Assembly (NCBI GenBank): GCA_049724395.1
Contig: JAUGWO010000060.1
Location: 186,001 to 250,000, forward strand
Direction of reading: 5' to 3'
Source of the DNA: Spongospora subterranea f. sp. subterranea
Taxonomy: Eukaryota
DNA length: 64,000 bases
Numbering within the stretch: position 1 is the first letter of the stretch; every line of letters begins with the position of its first letter. Shown here piece by piece: positions 13,901 to 25,362 of this stretch. Below the pieces are notes generated by a model. That model was not told the origin of the DNA and ran no database searches. It worked only from the letters and a program-made list of their open reading frames with translations. Both the position numbers and the translations under genes were made by a program.

Positions 13901-16692
13901 GCGTTCACCGACCAGTTAGAGTTCAAGGTCGACACAGAACTGCGACGGATGGGTTCGTGGTCTTCGCCCTTAGCGCAACTCAATTATGATCCAGTTTCAA
14001 TGCTGTCTAACCAAACATTAACTGATTCACTGATGATGTCTGTGGCCTACTCTCGAGACCTTCAAAACATGTCGCTCTTGAGTATATCTGCAAATCCGCA
14101 AGTTGTTTCTTCTCTGATACAAATGATGACAACTGTTTCTGAGCGTTTATTCGATATATCTGGGCCAATGACTGCCCAATCAAATGAATTATCTTCCCTT
14201 TTTTCTACACTCAAGCTTTTTGTTCCTTATGTCTCTTGCATTTGCCTATTGATTCTTACGCTGTTTGCTCTGCGACCGTCACTAATTGGTTCTCTCAATG
14301 GCAAGGATCAAGTGTTTATGAAACTATTTACGATATCGCGGGCTTGTTTGTTATCGATTATTCAGCCGTGCCTGATACGACTGAGTTTATTTACTGCAAA
14401 AGGGGATCTAGTGATGGCGTCGCCCAACGAGCATGCCTTCGCAACGGACGACATATCCCCACACACCGCTGAAGCTAGAGGTCACCACTCTAGTCGTACA
14501 GCTGTCATGGAACATCGAAGGCACCCTCTGCATTGGCAAGGAACGCTATCCAGCAAAACGAACCGCAACAAGGTTAGAAGATATCAGCAACTAGGTCAGG
14601 GAGTTCTGATTATGGTTGGGGTGTATTCTGGAATCGTCGCTATGGCGCTGATTATGACTGATGACATATTAAGCCCCGCGTATTGGTTCCCAAATGAAAT
14701 GAATTGGACTCGATATGAGGTTTGCCCAGCGCTCTGACTAATCGCCAAATGCCCTATTTTTATTCGTTTATTAGGAATATCTCATTCGACGGTCAGTGCT
14801 GACGCTTCAGCAAGTAGTGGTCAACGAAACAATGATAGCAACTCCTCAAATGCTGCTCAACCTGATTAACCAAACTTCTGAGCATATGAACTATCTGATG
14901 TATGGGAATACTGGCCTAGGCCTTCCCACAAAACTGATGACGGAATCGAGCCAATATTTTCAATTACAATTTACATCAACGTAGGATAGAAATTTTTGAG
15001 GCTACGCTGTTCTCTTTAGCATGCGACTAATCTCGCCTCTGAATAGTTGTAAACTGGAATCCATGAGATTGGTTACGGATTGTCAAACATTCCGATCCGG
15101 AGTGGCGAATAACGGATTGCATGCTATTTTGATGGATCTTCTGTCTCTGGAACGGCAGGTATTAACTATATTCACATCTGGTTCGATGCGCGCCTCCGAA
15201 ATTCTCGTGTCTCAACCATTCCGTGATTCAATTCGCCTTGAATGGGAGTTCCTTCGACCTGCCGTTCTGGAATTGGTGGATATTGTTGAGTCGGATATCG
15301 CATCAACATTTAATCTCGCTAATATTCTTGACATAGTATTCACCGTTGTTTTTCTATCGATTAACGTTGCAATGTATATGATCTTGGTCAAACCCGTCTT
15401 GACTGCAGTCGCCAGGGAATTTGCTGAGGCGCGGGACCTATTTCATACAATACCTGCGCGAGCGTTCTTGGCGACATCATACAATGCCTCCGTCGGCAGC
15501 CATCACGGTAGCGATGATGATGACAATCCCAGTGAAAGCTCCGAATTCGACGATCGGGACACGCACGCTGCTGCTGTACACCAGGCTAATCGAAAACGTC
15601 GTCTACTTCGCATTCGTCGTCAGCGGCGTCTGCCGTTCCATCGTGTTTATGGATGTTTTCGGAAATATCGCGCATTTGCTTGCATCGCATCAATACTGGT
15701 TGTGTTAATAATATGGCTGCAGTTCTGGCCATATGCAGCTGATTACGCCACAGCCGATGGTTATTCATCGCTTTTAATCAGTATCGGATCCTTTTTCTCT
15801 GGTGTCACCCCAGTCGACCCAGGCATTCTTTCGTGTTTTTTAGCCAATGTGGATTCGATCGTTTTTCGAAACACTATCCTAGTCGTGCAAACTGTTGCAG
15901 CATTGTCTGCGTCTTTATTCATCATTTTGTCAGGACGATGTGTTGACTGGACAGTTTGCAACTACAGCACCGTAGGTGGAATGTTTGGTACTGCATTAGG
16001 ATTATGGTTGTTTCCTAAATCGCTCGTTGACAATGAGGTCATTGCCGTGATCTCAGCCGCAATGATGTTAGGTTTTGCCAGCTCCATTGCTCTTACTCGT
16101 TTAATGTTGAGTTTTACTCGATCCGTTGAGCCGATTACCTCCGACTTGCGGTGTCGCTTCGATATCGTTGTTTTTGGTTTTTGTGGCGGTTTGATATCGT
16201 CAGTAAATGGGACCGGAACTGGGACGTTCGTTTTTGGCATGATCACTCTCTTCTTCACGTTAGAACCCCAAATTGTACTCTCGACGTCCATCCTTGTATG
16301 AATGATTGGCTTCTTCATATTTTGGTCCTAACTTCTTTGAATGTGTGCAGGTATCTGCTCTCAACGGCCTTGTTGTCATCGCTTGCCATTTCATCTACAA
16401 TCTACAATTAGAGGCGACTATGCTAACCACGACATCAATGATGCCGTCGATAGTGTTAATGTCCATTGGAGCTACTCTTCCTTATAATTTCGCCACGTTC
16501 TTTACTTTAGCTTTGTTGAAATTTATCGGTGTTATATTAATAACCTGGGATGGTTACTATGCGTGTTTCTTTGTTGGGGCTGCATTTCTTGCAGCTTGGA
16601 CCGCTACCGGTTTTGCAATTGGCGTCGCGGGGATTATCCAATTCTCCAGTAATAGCGAATATGCTAAGCAAGATCAAGATCCAGGCGAATAA
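10981..16692 (+). CDS. Large multi-pass membrane protein, TmcB/TmcC-like with PAS domain, plus a C-terminal TauE/SafE-like domain
   Basis: N-terminal multi-TM block (IECLQLIAF, YIPYYN), helical region, PAS motif (GEILAVNDGARALFGVAIVGKNISVIVPEPISHLH), further TM pairs, then TauE-like GSFFSG...GFCGGLISSVNGTG. Frame change near 11580. Confidence 0.7.
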
Positions 16693-16762
16693 TATGCAAC
16701 AGTTCGATATCTTAGGCGTTTTTGAAAAGGGCGATTCCGCTTAATACGATTTAATTATAAAA

Positions 16763-17923
16763 TTACTTGCGCTGTAAGATACTGGCGCCATATTCCTCGA
16801 ATTCGGCTTTTGAAATCCAGAACTCATCCCTTTCCTTCATAATATCGGCTAAAACAGATCCACCCAGAAACACCATGTGTTTGCGACGAGGAGGGTCCTC
16901 GATTCGTAATTTGAATTTTGACAATCGGGATTCGTCCCCTCCGAGGACGTCGTTCAGATACCGAGTTTTGATCTCCTTCTCCAAACGTGTCGGTAGACCA
17001 GGATACATGGTTGACCCGCCAGACAGTACGATGTGCTTGTAGAAGTCTTGCCTGAGATCGATGTCGGCAGCGTTGATCGTATCGAAGAGCATATCTGCGA
17101 TACCGGGACTCTCGACATCGATCAGGGAAGGTCGGAAGAGCACCTCAGGTGCTTGATACCTTTCTTGGCCCAGGGTTATGACACGTCCATCTGGCAGCTC
17201 ATAAGTCTGCACTAATGAAGTTGTTTCTAGCGCTAGTTTTTTTTCGACTTCTAGATCGTATCCAACAAAGCAGCATGCCTCCTTGATTTGTCTGACCGTT
17301 TCGAAATCCGCCGAGCGATTGAGATTGTATCCGCGCAACTGCAGTAGTTTGATCAGGTACCGGGTCATATGTCGTCCAGCGACATCCAGACGGCGTATTA
17401 GGTTGGCAGGACAGACGCCATCGTATACAGGGACGATATGTGTGACACCGTCACCGGAATCAACGACAACACCGGTCAACAGCCCTTGGGCATAGAGCAC
17501 CAACACTGCTTGGATCGAGACTTTGGTTGCGGCGAACCCATACGATTCGAACATGTACTGAAGGAACAGTTCCCGATTGGCTTTGGGATTAAGAGGGGGC
17601 TCAGTTAGCATGATCTTGTGATTGGACGGATCAATCTGTAGTCGCTCGTAGAATGTGTAATCCCATACGTGCTGCATATCTTCCCAATTCCTCACTATTC
17701 CATTCTCCACCGGATAGGTGCATTCAAGCATGTGGCGAAGCGCTGCGGCTTCGTCCCCACACATGATGTCCTTGATCTCGTTGGTCGATACGGATTCCTC
17801 ATATCGCAACAGCGGTCGCCCAACCATCGACGGAAACACGACCTTCGGGAAATTGGATCCGGCGAACCCCGCCTTGACAAACCCGGTCCCATTATCGCAA
17901 ACAACAGGTGTCGATAGCGCCAT
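16763..17923 (-). CDS. ARP2: Actin-related protein 2 (Arp2/3 complex), intronless
   Basis: [65 protein letters not shown]; full 386-aa ORF. Confidence 0.97.
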   Translation of the reverse strand: MALSTPVVCDNGTGFVKAGFAGSNFPKVVFPSMVGRPLLRYEESVSTNEIKDIMCGDEAAALRHMLECTYPVENGIVRNWEDMQHVWDYTFYERLQIDPSNHKIMLTEPPLNPKANRELFLQYMFESYGFAATKVSIQAVLVLYAQGLLTGVVVDSGDGVTHIVPVYDGVCPANLIRRLDVAGRHMTRYLIKLLQLRGYNLNRSADFETVRQIKEACCFVGYDLEVEKKLALETTSLVQTYELPDGRVITLGQERYQAPEVLFRPSLIDVESPGIADMLFDTINAADIDLRQDFYKHIVLSGGSTMYPGLPTRLEKEIKTRYLNDVLGGDESRLSKFKLRIEDPPRRKHMVFLGGSVLADIMKERDEFWISKAEFEEYGASILQRK

Positions 17924-18098
17924 GGCGGTGACGGTGTGATGAAGTTAAGAGAGAGAAAGTGGGAAACATAACTTTTAACTCGGGGCCTGTCCTCATGTAG
18001 ATACACTATCACTGTATATTCGCACTGGACTCGCCGATCTCTATCGTTTTCGTTGTCGCCAACGGGGGCCGTGAAAGATAGAGATTTCGACGTCTGGC

Positions 18099-18424
18099 AT
18101 GGGCGTATTTCTGCTCGTAGAATTACTTGTGTTTTTTTCTTGGCATATTATCCCGCTGTGTCTCGCCTCACTCATTCCTCGAGAAACGGGCTGCGATAAC
18201 TCTGCCCAAAATACCAGCAATAGCGCCTCCGTAAAACCGTCAATACTTAACAAAGCTGTTCCAATCTTGAGAGATTTTTTTGGTCATGATGCAACACAGT
18301 ATAGGGCGATGCGCAAAATCGCTCGCTAATTTCTGAGGACAGAGGTCATTCTCGCCACATCCCAAGACAACCTTCCGGTGGCGCAAGACGAGCAATGGAC
18401 CGATTTACTTCCGGCCTCAAGTAA
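18099..18424 (+). CDS. Possible small secreted/hypothetical protein
   Basis: Hydrophobic signal-like N-terminus MGVFLLVELLVFFSWHIIPLCLA and a candidate GT..AG intron at ~18299-18342. No recognisable domain. Confidence 0.25.
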
Positions 18425-19185
18425 AAGGTCGCCGACATCAAACGATGCAAATTCGAGATCCTTTAGCGGATTCGTTTCCAGAAGGTTCGCTCAACACCAC
18501 TCGCCCATCATGAAACTGAGTACCAAATCTCTACTGTCGTCGTGGTGATCAGGTAATTGGCGGTAGGGCCACAGCCGATGGAATCCTTCCGAATATTGCT
18601 GGGAACACTCTGTAGACATTAAAAAAAAAGTACAATCGGTTGAGCCAAAAAGCAGAAATAATGTTTCGCCAAAGTTTGCCAATGGGTTGGCGCCATCTTC
18701 TTTTATTTAGTCACGACGCTGATCAACGACGAGATTGATGGGCGTTAGGATCCCGACCCCATTTGCTCTTAACTCCTTTCTCTGGCGCCGACGGGGGAAC
18801 ATGTGACAACGACTTCGTCTGAGCAACCGACGCCCTAATCCAATCCGTCAAAACCCATTCCACGATCACGCCCCGCCACGTATTAAGCGCATCGGGACGA
18901 TCTCACCTTGAAATATCGCCCATGGCGAATATATTACTGCGATATCTGGCGCCCAAAACCCCACCGGCAATCATGCAGAATATCGTCAGCATGCCTAACC
19001 CGCCCCAGGAATTCCACTTGAACGCGTTCTCATGGAGGTTTTTATGCTCTATTTGATCGCCCATCACTATTGATCGCCTCTAATACAACAATGATCGGAG
19101 ATCGCTGAATTTATAGCCGCACGCACCAATCTGCAACTACCTGATCAAAACGACGAAACACGACGAATGGCATTATTTGTTTATT

Positions 19186-19390
19186 TTATGCAGGAGAGTC
19201 TGAGCACAATCCGATTCTTGTGTTCGGAAAGCAGACGATGAATAGGGCGTGGATAATGCCCGGGACGAAAAACAAAAATCGTCAAAATGACCGAGATGAG
19301 GAATTGACAGCTGATGCCACGCTCGATGAAGACGGCAACGGGCGGGAGGAGGAAGGCGAATATCAGAGAGATGATGCCGATCTGACCCAT
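19186..19390 (-). CDS. PMP3: Pmp3/UPF0057 plasma-membrane proteolipid with a 1-nt frameshift (assembly error or pseudogene)
   Basis: IFAFLLPPVAVFIERGISCQFLISVILT, then after a T-run the next frame reads FVPGIIHALFIVCF, the canonical C-terminal motif. Confidence 0.8.
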
Positions 19391-19561
19391 CGTCGGTGAG
19401 CAGCTGTTCCTAGACCTCGACGAGCCGTTGATGAATAATTTGCGACCGAAATAGTGTTGTGATGAATATAGGGTGTTCGCGTCCCTGGAAGTTCGAGATT
19501 GCTCCAGAAATGCAAATATCCATCCGACGTGTGACTCAACCGATGACTCAACCGGTCTCCG

Positions 19562-20947
19562 TCAATACCGATATCTGTGTCGAAACGGGCGTGGACCTTG
19601 GTGCTGAGCTCTGAATATGAACGCCGATTTCCAGTCGGAAACGGGCTGGTTATCATACCCATGACGCTTTCGATAAAGATCCTGCGATTGTCGAGTTAGT
19701 GGCGGGTTCCGTAGTGAAATCGAGCGGAGAGCAAACGAGAGTACCTTCCACAGAATCGGATGGGCGCCGATCTGGCCGAGATACGGGTTGACACAGCGAA
19801 TATTGGATAGATCCTTGTACGAAAGGAACGAGAGGCACATCAGCAACAGAGGCGGCGATAGATAGAGGCTGTCGGCATCCATCACCGGTTTCCACAACAC
19901 CTTGCAGATAGAATTCGTTATTGTCAAAATGAGCCCTGAAAGCACATGAACGTTCTCGGTTGTCGCACGATTCAATCGTGTACCTGGTAGGTTTTTGAGC
20001 TGGAGATGATCGCTGGCTGTGTATGATCGGATCGACAGCTTGACGGTCGACTTGCGAATTTCCAGACATAGGTCCGACGACGATCTCGTCGATTCGGCAG
20101 TGACGATGATCTTATCGGCGGATGGAAACGGGAGACACATCAGCAGAATATCCTCGACGTTGGTCCGCGGATTCTGCTCCCCAACCGAATACCCGAACCG
20201 GAACAGATTCCCGTTGGACGCCCAATGCGCCGGCAGCGCCACCGGTGAATCACATGGCGTATCGGCGTTGTTGGCCCATAACAACCTCAGGCCATTGTTG
20301 ACCATAATGCAGTGAATCCCTGCACAAACCAACTGAATCGGGTCTTGGCAGTTCGGGCGAAGTTCGTCCAGCGTCCGCTGTAGAGCGAGCGCGTCGCCTG
20401 TGAGCGCGACCAGACGATTCCAGCGATCGCGCACCGGCGCTATGATCCCGCTGCCGACCAGGTCGCGCAGGTGGTCGGTGCCGAGAAGGCGAGTGGCGGC
20501 CACCAGACAGACATCGACATGGCGATACGGGAACTGCAGTGTGAATATGTTTCGATCCGACGCAATCCGGGCATGGGCGATGATCGTGAGATTCACGCTG
20601 ATGATGTGCAGGTCGAACGTGAATTCGGGGCGATCGGATCGATAACGGAACGAGTGCTGGGCGACGGAAGCACCAGCTGGGAGGCGAAACGATTCCGCCA
20701 GATATTCTGTGGGCAATGGCGTCATAAACATGCTGGGCATGCGATGGCGCAAAATGGACAGTTCAAGCACACCCTGATTATCGAATTCGGTGCAGACGAA
20801 CCCGGATTGCAGCAGGATCTGGTGGATTAGCCAGGTGACCAGCTCGAACGGATTGCTCAACGACGCGATCACGTTCTCGGAACCAAACAGGCGCGTCAGC
20901 AAACGACTGTCGTCTGTTGGGCTGTTCATCGCTGACGATGGCGCCAT
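19562..20947 (-). CDS. FBXO7/PI31-like F-box protein with two FP (PI31 N-terminal)-like repeats, intronless
   Basis: Repeat 1 NPFELVTWLIHQILLQSGF...LPAG...FRYRS; repeat 2 DPIQLVCAGIHCIMVNNGL...LPAHW...FRFGYS; F-box LSPPLLLMCLSFLSYKDLSNIRCVN...PILWK. Confidence 0.65.
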   Translation of the reverse strand: MAPSSAMNSPTDDSRLLTRLFGSENVIASLSNPFELVTWLIHQILLQSGFVCTEFDNQGVLELSILRHRMPSMFMTPLPTEYLAESFRLPAGASVAQHSFRYRSDRPEFTFDLHIISVNLTIIAHARIASDRNIFTLQFPYRHVDVCLVAATRLLGTDHLRDLVGSGIIAPVRDRWNRLVALTGDALALQRTLDELRPNCQDPIQLVCAGIHCIMVNNGLRLLWANNADTPCDSPVALPAHWASNGNLFRFGYSVGEQNPRTNVEDILLMCLPFPSADKIIVTAESTRSSSDLCLEIRKSTVKLSIRSYTASDHLQLKNLPGTRLNRATTENVHVLSGLILTITNSICKVLWKPVMDADSLYLSPPLLLMCLSFLSYKDLSNIRCVNPYLGQIGAHPILWKVLSFALRSISLRNPPLTRQSQDLYRKRHGYDNQPVSDWKSAFIFRAQHQGPRPFRHRYRY

Positions 20948-21208
20948 CAAATGACCCTTTAGTGTTCACACGAACCACGGAATATTTCCCGCCGAATCAA
21001 TTGAACGCCCGTGGCCACATTCTGTTCGGGAATGGCCTGTGGTCAAAGATCATGGAACCAAATGCGAAATTCATCGGCTCCTGCGAGAAAGTCACATTGA
21101 ACGCTGATCGAAAGGGTGAATGACAAAACGACTGTCATAAAGCGTGCTGTTTTATCAAAAGGAACATGTATTCGAGCATTTCTTGAGAAAACTCCATCTG
21201 AGTTTGGC

Positions 21209-21390
21209 CAGTTCACCCCATCAGCGCCGACCCCCCCGTCAAACAATCTGGGAGGGCGAATGTATTTCATTCAGAGAGTGTATTTCATTCAGAAATAAGT
21301 CCAGAATATGTTGACCAATTCACCCCATCAGCGCCGATCCCCCCCGTCAAACAATCTGGGACGGCGAAATAAGTCCAGAATATGTTGACT
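21209..21390. repeat. Complex local direct duplication
   Basis: TTCACCCCATCAGCGCCGA.CCCCCCGTCAAACAATCTGGGA twice, AAATAAGTCCAGAATATGTTGAC twice, TGTATTTCATTCAGA twice. Confidence 0.85.
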
Positions 21391-21921
21391 CGAACACTCC
21401 CTTTGCCCCAACTGTCATCAATAATACGATGGGCCCCGCGTCCATCTCGATCACGCTAATCACCCGCCAAAAACGATCAACCGGCGATAGCGTCGTTGAA
21501 ATTCGATTCAACCGCATTATGTTCGACAATAAAGTTGTCGACAGAATCAATAAAGTACGATTGTGTATGTTGTCAATCATTGCGACCGCCCGGTCCCGTT
21601 TTTCTCAGACAGGTCGTCAGCGCCCCCGCCCCGCCAACCCGTACCGTACTGGCCCGCGCGCGTCCCCGTCCCTGAGACAACAAGCGCCGTCTCTCCGAGA
21701 TGCCGTCCCTTTGGCGACAACAACCCCTGTCATCGTCACGACGAGTCCGGCCGGAGTTTCCCTAACACCCATTGGCCGATTCGATGACAATGATCTGAGA
21801 TGATGTCGTTCGACACCGTCTGTTAGAACAGCACAGCTCGGTTCCGAACCCAGTCGGTAGAAAACGTCTGGACACGGGCCAGCTGCCGCCGCCGCCGCCG
21901 CGAACCTGGCCCCATTCGACG

Positions 21922-22904
21922 ATGATGGGGGACGACAACGGCAGTGTGTTCGAGCAAGAGGTGATGGTGCTGTCGTCCATATATGGTGAAGCCAACCAAA
22001 TGATCCATCATATCATGGGGTCGTCAGATGGCGCCAGCGAATCGCGGCTAATCGCGCTCTGGTTTAGGGGATGAATTCAGTGATCTCAACGCGAATCGTT
22101 ATGAAATCCTGATCAATTACGACATGTCCTTGATATTTTGGCCATCCGGTTCATCAGTCTCGTACACATCGCCACCCTTATTCAGGTACTGGGACACACG
22201 CACCGCGTCAGCCTCGTTCGACAGCTGACAATCGCCGCTGGAAAATGGCGCCATTAGGCTGGAATTGCGCCCGAAGCGGTCATGGCGCTCGCGGGCCGCA
22301 CTTCACGCTGTCCAGGAAAGGATGGGCGCCATGTTCAGGGCGGGCGAACCTGTTATACACGATTGGGTCGAATACCTCCGATCGCTGCCCAGCGTAAGAT
22401 CACGATTTCTATTATCGAAAACATTGTGAAATAATCGTCGTTTGTGGGCCAGGATTATATCGAACAGGAACAGGGCGTGATCGCGACCGCGAACACGTTG
22501 GTCAGTGATGATGGTGCAGTTCCTGAGATCCACCACGGCGCAACTGTTGTTGAGCGAAAATCGCGATTCGTTGCGCACACGTTGCCCGGGTCGCCAATCT
22601 CGAACAAGTCGATCGGGTCCTAAGACAGCTGAAGAGCGATGCGAAGATTGCTCAGGCGACCCATAACATCATGGCATACAGGGTCGGGGGCCACGAGAAC
22701 CGCGACGACGACGGTGAAGGTGCGGCGGGCGACACACTATTATACCTTCTACAGCGAATGGGGATCACCAACACGGTCGTGGTCGTATCCCGATGGTTCG
22801 GCGGCGTTAAACTCGGGCCGGATCGGTTCAGGATCATCGCCAAAGTCGCCAAGGATCTTCTCGACGCGCTCAACTGGCAATCGTCTTCAGCACCGCTCAC
22901 CTGA
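21922..22904 (+). CDS. IMPACT: IMPACT/Yih1 family protein (RWD + UPF0029 domain), multi-exon
   Basis: EQEVMVLSSIYG (RWD start), KSRFVAHVA, ATHNIMAYR, DDDGEGAAG, VVVVSRWFGGVKLGPDRFRII. Confidence 0.92.
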
Positions 22905-23002
22905 CGTAGATGCTCATGGCCCATTCGAAAAATCAGCTCCAACGCGTTGCGTTTCGCGGACACGAGTCGACACTGTGCGACTTCATAATCGCTCACAGTA
23001 AA

Positions 23003-23730
23003 TCAACAACAAAACAACGGACACATCTTTCCAGCATTACTATACGCTGCATTTTTCGGCACGATAACGAACTTGCTCACGGGAAATATGACGTCCATAA
23101 TAATCGTGTGAAACCTACGAAGCGAGTTAGAGAATAACGACAAGTAGAAGTTGAAGGCGTTGAAAAAATTCTTATCTAGCTCTGGCGTGGAACATTTCCA
23201 CGAACGACGGCGCAGCTTTGCATTTTCTGTGCTCGATTCGAACAATGTTAGATTATGGAATTTCCCGCAAAGGTCGGGGAGGATCAGATGACAACGTCGA
23301 GGGAGAATCGCGAGCGTAAATCCGATTGCCGTTGACATCGAGCAGAGTGCCTGGCAATGCGCCATCGGACCTACTCTCGCAATCCCTCTCTCGACATTGA
23401 CTGACAAACGGTCTCCCTCGCCTTCGTGAACGATGCTCCAGCTGAACATGCATTCCCCGATCTGGGGTGTTGGGCATACAACAACCTCAGTCAAATAATG
23501 CGAGAACCGGGACGTTGTCGAAATATGACGACAACGTCGGCCTTCACGTCGTCCTGATACCTTAACCGGATCGACATCCCCAGAACGTTTCGAATCTCCC
23601 AAGAAATTTCAACATTTTTTTCTGCAAACACCAGCTCGAGAGCGCTCGATCCGAGCTTTGCAGAACAGCTGACAGAAATTCTGCTCTGCGTCGCCCATGA
23701 CCTGGCGATAAAAAAAACCGGGTGATTCAT
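23003..23730 (-). CDS. Hypothetical protein (probably spliced)
   Basis: Two overlapping protein-like minus ORFs joinable by a short intron; no family recognised. Confidence 0.3.
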
Positions 23731-23865
23731 GTTACACACACACACACAGCCCGTCCGCCACGGACCTTTTGGAAATGCGCACGATTTGAAATGTTTTCGG
23801 TCTGGTTGTCAGTAGCTTATAAAGGGAGCCACGGAAAGTAGAGCTGGTGTTGGGTCTTTCGCTCA

Positions 23866-25000
23866 ATGGACGAGGATGAGACTAAGGATTCGACCAGGAT
23901 TCCTCATTTGTACGGAATCCGCCGCCCCCTGGGCAATTTTCGCCCAGCAATTTTTTTTTGTGTGTGTCCTGATAATTCGTGTGTGCTCAGCCTGGTGGAG
24001 ACCAAGGATGGCGTCACCATATTGACGAATCGCCACCCAGAGCAGCCGTCCTTTCTGCACTCCGAACGCGAAACGTCGTCGAACGAGGAGCTGGAAACTC
24101 CTGTCGAATGCAAGAACTGCAACTGTAAAAACTCGAAATGCCTCAAACTGTAAGGAAATATATGGTCATCGACCCCGTCCGCATTGAACTGATTTCACCT
24201 TGGGAACGATCTTAGCTACTGCGAATGTTTTGCAGCGTCCCTGTACTGTACCGGCTGCAATTGTTCGAACTGCATGAACACCCCCGATTGCGATGAAATT
24301 CGTTTGACCGCAATCCAGGCCATCCGCAGCCGAAATCCGGACGCGTTCAAGGCGAAATCGTCGAAATCACGCGAGTCAACGGGCTGTCGATGCAAAAGGT
24401 CCGGCTGTACAAAAAAATACTGTGAATGTTTTCAGAATAAGTACGCCGGGATTGCCACGCGTCGTATGCGCCCGCTAACCGCTCGTTTTTGTCAGCCGTC
24501 CCTGCACGAACCTGTGTCAATGTTCAGCTTGTCGAAACCCGTTCCACTCACATTCGCCGCCATCAAGGTCGAGTACGCATCGGTTCAACTTCTCAGCCAT
24601 CAATAAGGTGCGGTTTTGTTTCGAGCGCCCGTTCGGAAGGCGTTGTGACATTGGAAAAAAATTGCAGGGAGTTGTCGAGCTGACCAGAAGCATGGTGTTG
24701 GCCGTTCAGCGTTTAAGCGACCAGGAAGCGGCTCAAGGTCTGTTGACCCTGTCGTTCCGTTCCCCAGATGGTCCAAGGGGCCACAAACGGTCTTGGTCAG
24801 ACTACGATGCTGATAATTCATTGCTGAACCCCCCCTCTCCGGAAACGGCCCGGTTGCTGTGCGATGAGAACCCCCAGCAATTCTCGCTGTCGTCGGAGCG
24901 CACCGATCTGTACCGTCGTCAAGAGTATGAGGTCCTGTCCAGGGTCGACGCCTACTTCAAAACCCTAGTCTCCGAGACCTTCCCCAGGAGTACTTCGTGA
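23866..25000 (+). CDS. CRC/CXC-domain protein (LIN54/tesmin/TSO1 family), multi-exon
   Basis: CNCKNSKCLKL/YCECFAASLYCTGCNCSNCMN, RNPDAF, GCRCKRSGCTKKYCECFQ...CQCSACRN. Confidence 0.9.
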
Positions 25001-25362
25001 CCTCCTCGTCTTGATCGCCGTCTCTATAGTGTCCAGTAATTATTATATATATATAAAACCCATTTTAGCGCACCCTCCTTTTATCGCCATTGTGTCGGTC
25101 GCCCCGAAGTCCCTCGGCGAACGCGAAACGTGTACACAGTAACAAGTGTATGTTACCGTACAGGGGTTCAGGAATCGTTCAGGTTACCACACGGTCGCCG
25201 CGTTTTAGCAGTGCAATGCGAATTTGTTACCCATACCGGTGGGTCGCGCCAGACTCATCCAATTATTTGCTGAAACATTAGTGCAGCATGGCATCCAGTG
25301 GCGTAACGATACTCGTGAAGTGTCTTCTGTGATCTAACTCGGGTCTCGTTATCATTCCCAAA

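Noticed and set aside
16767..18012. ORFs antisense to or overlapping ARP2
   Set aside because: Shadow frames of a conserved gene.
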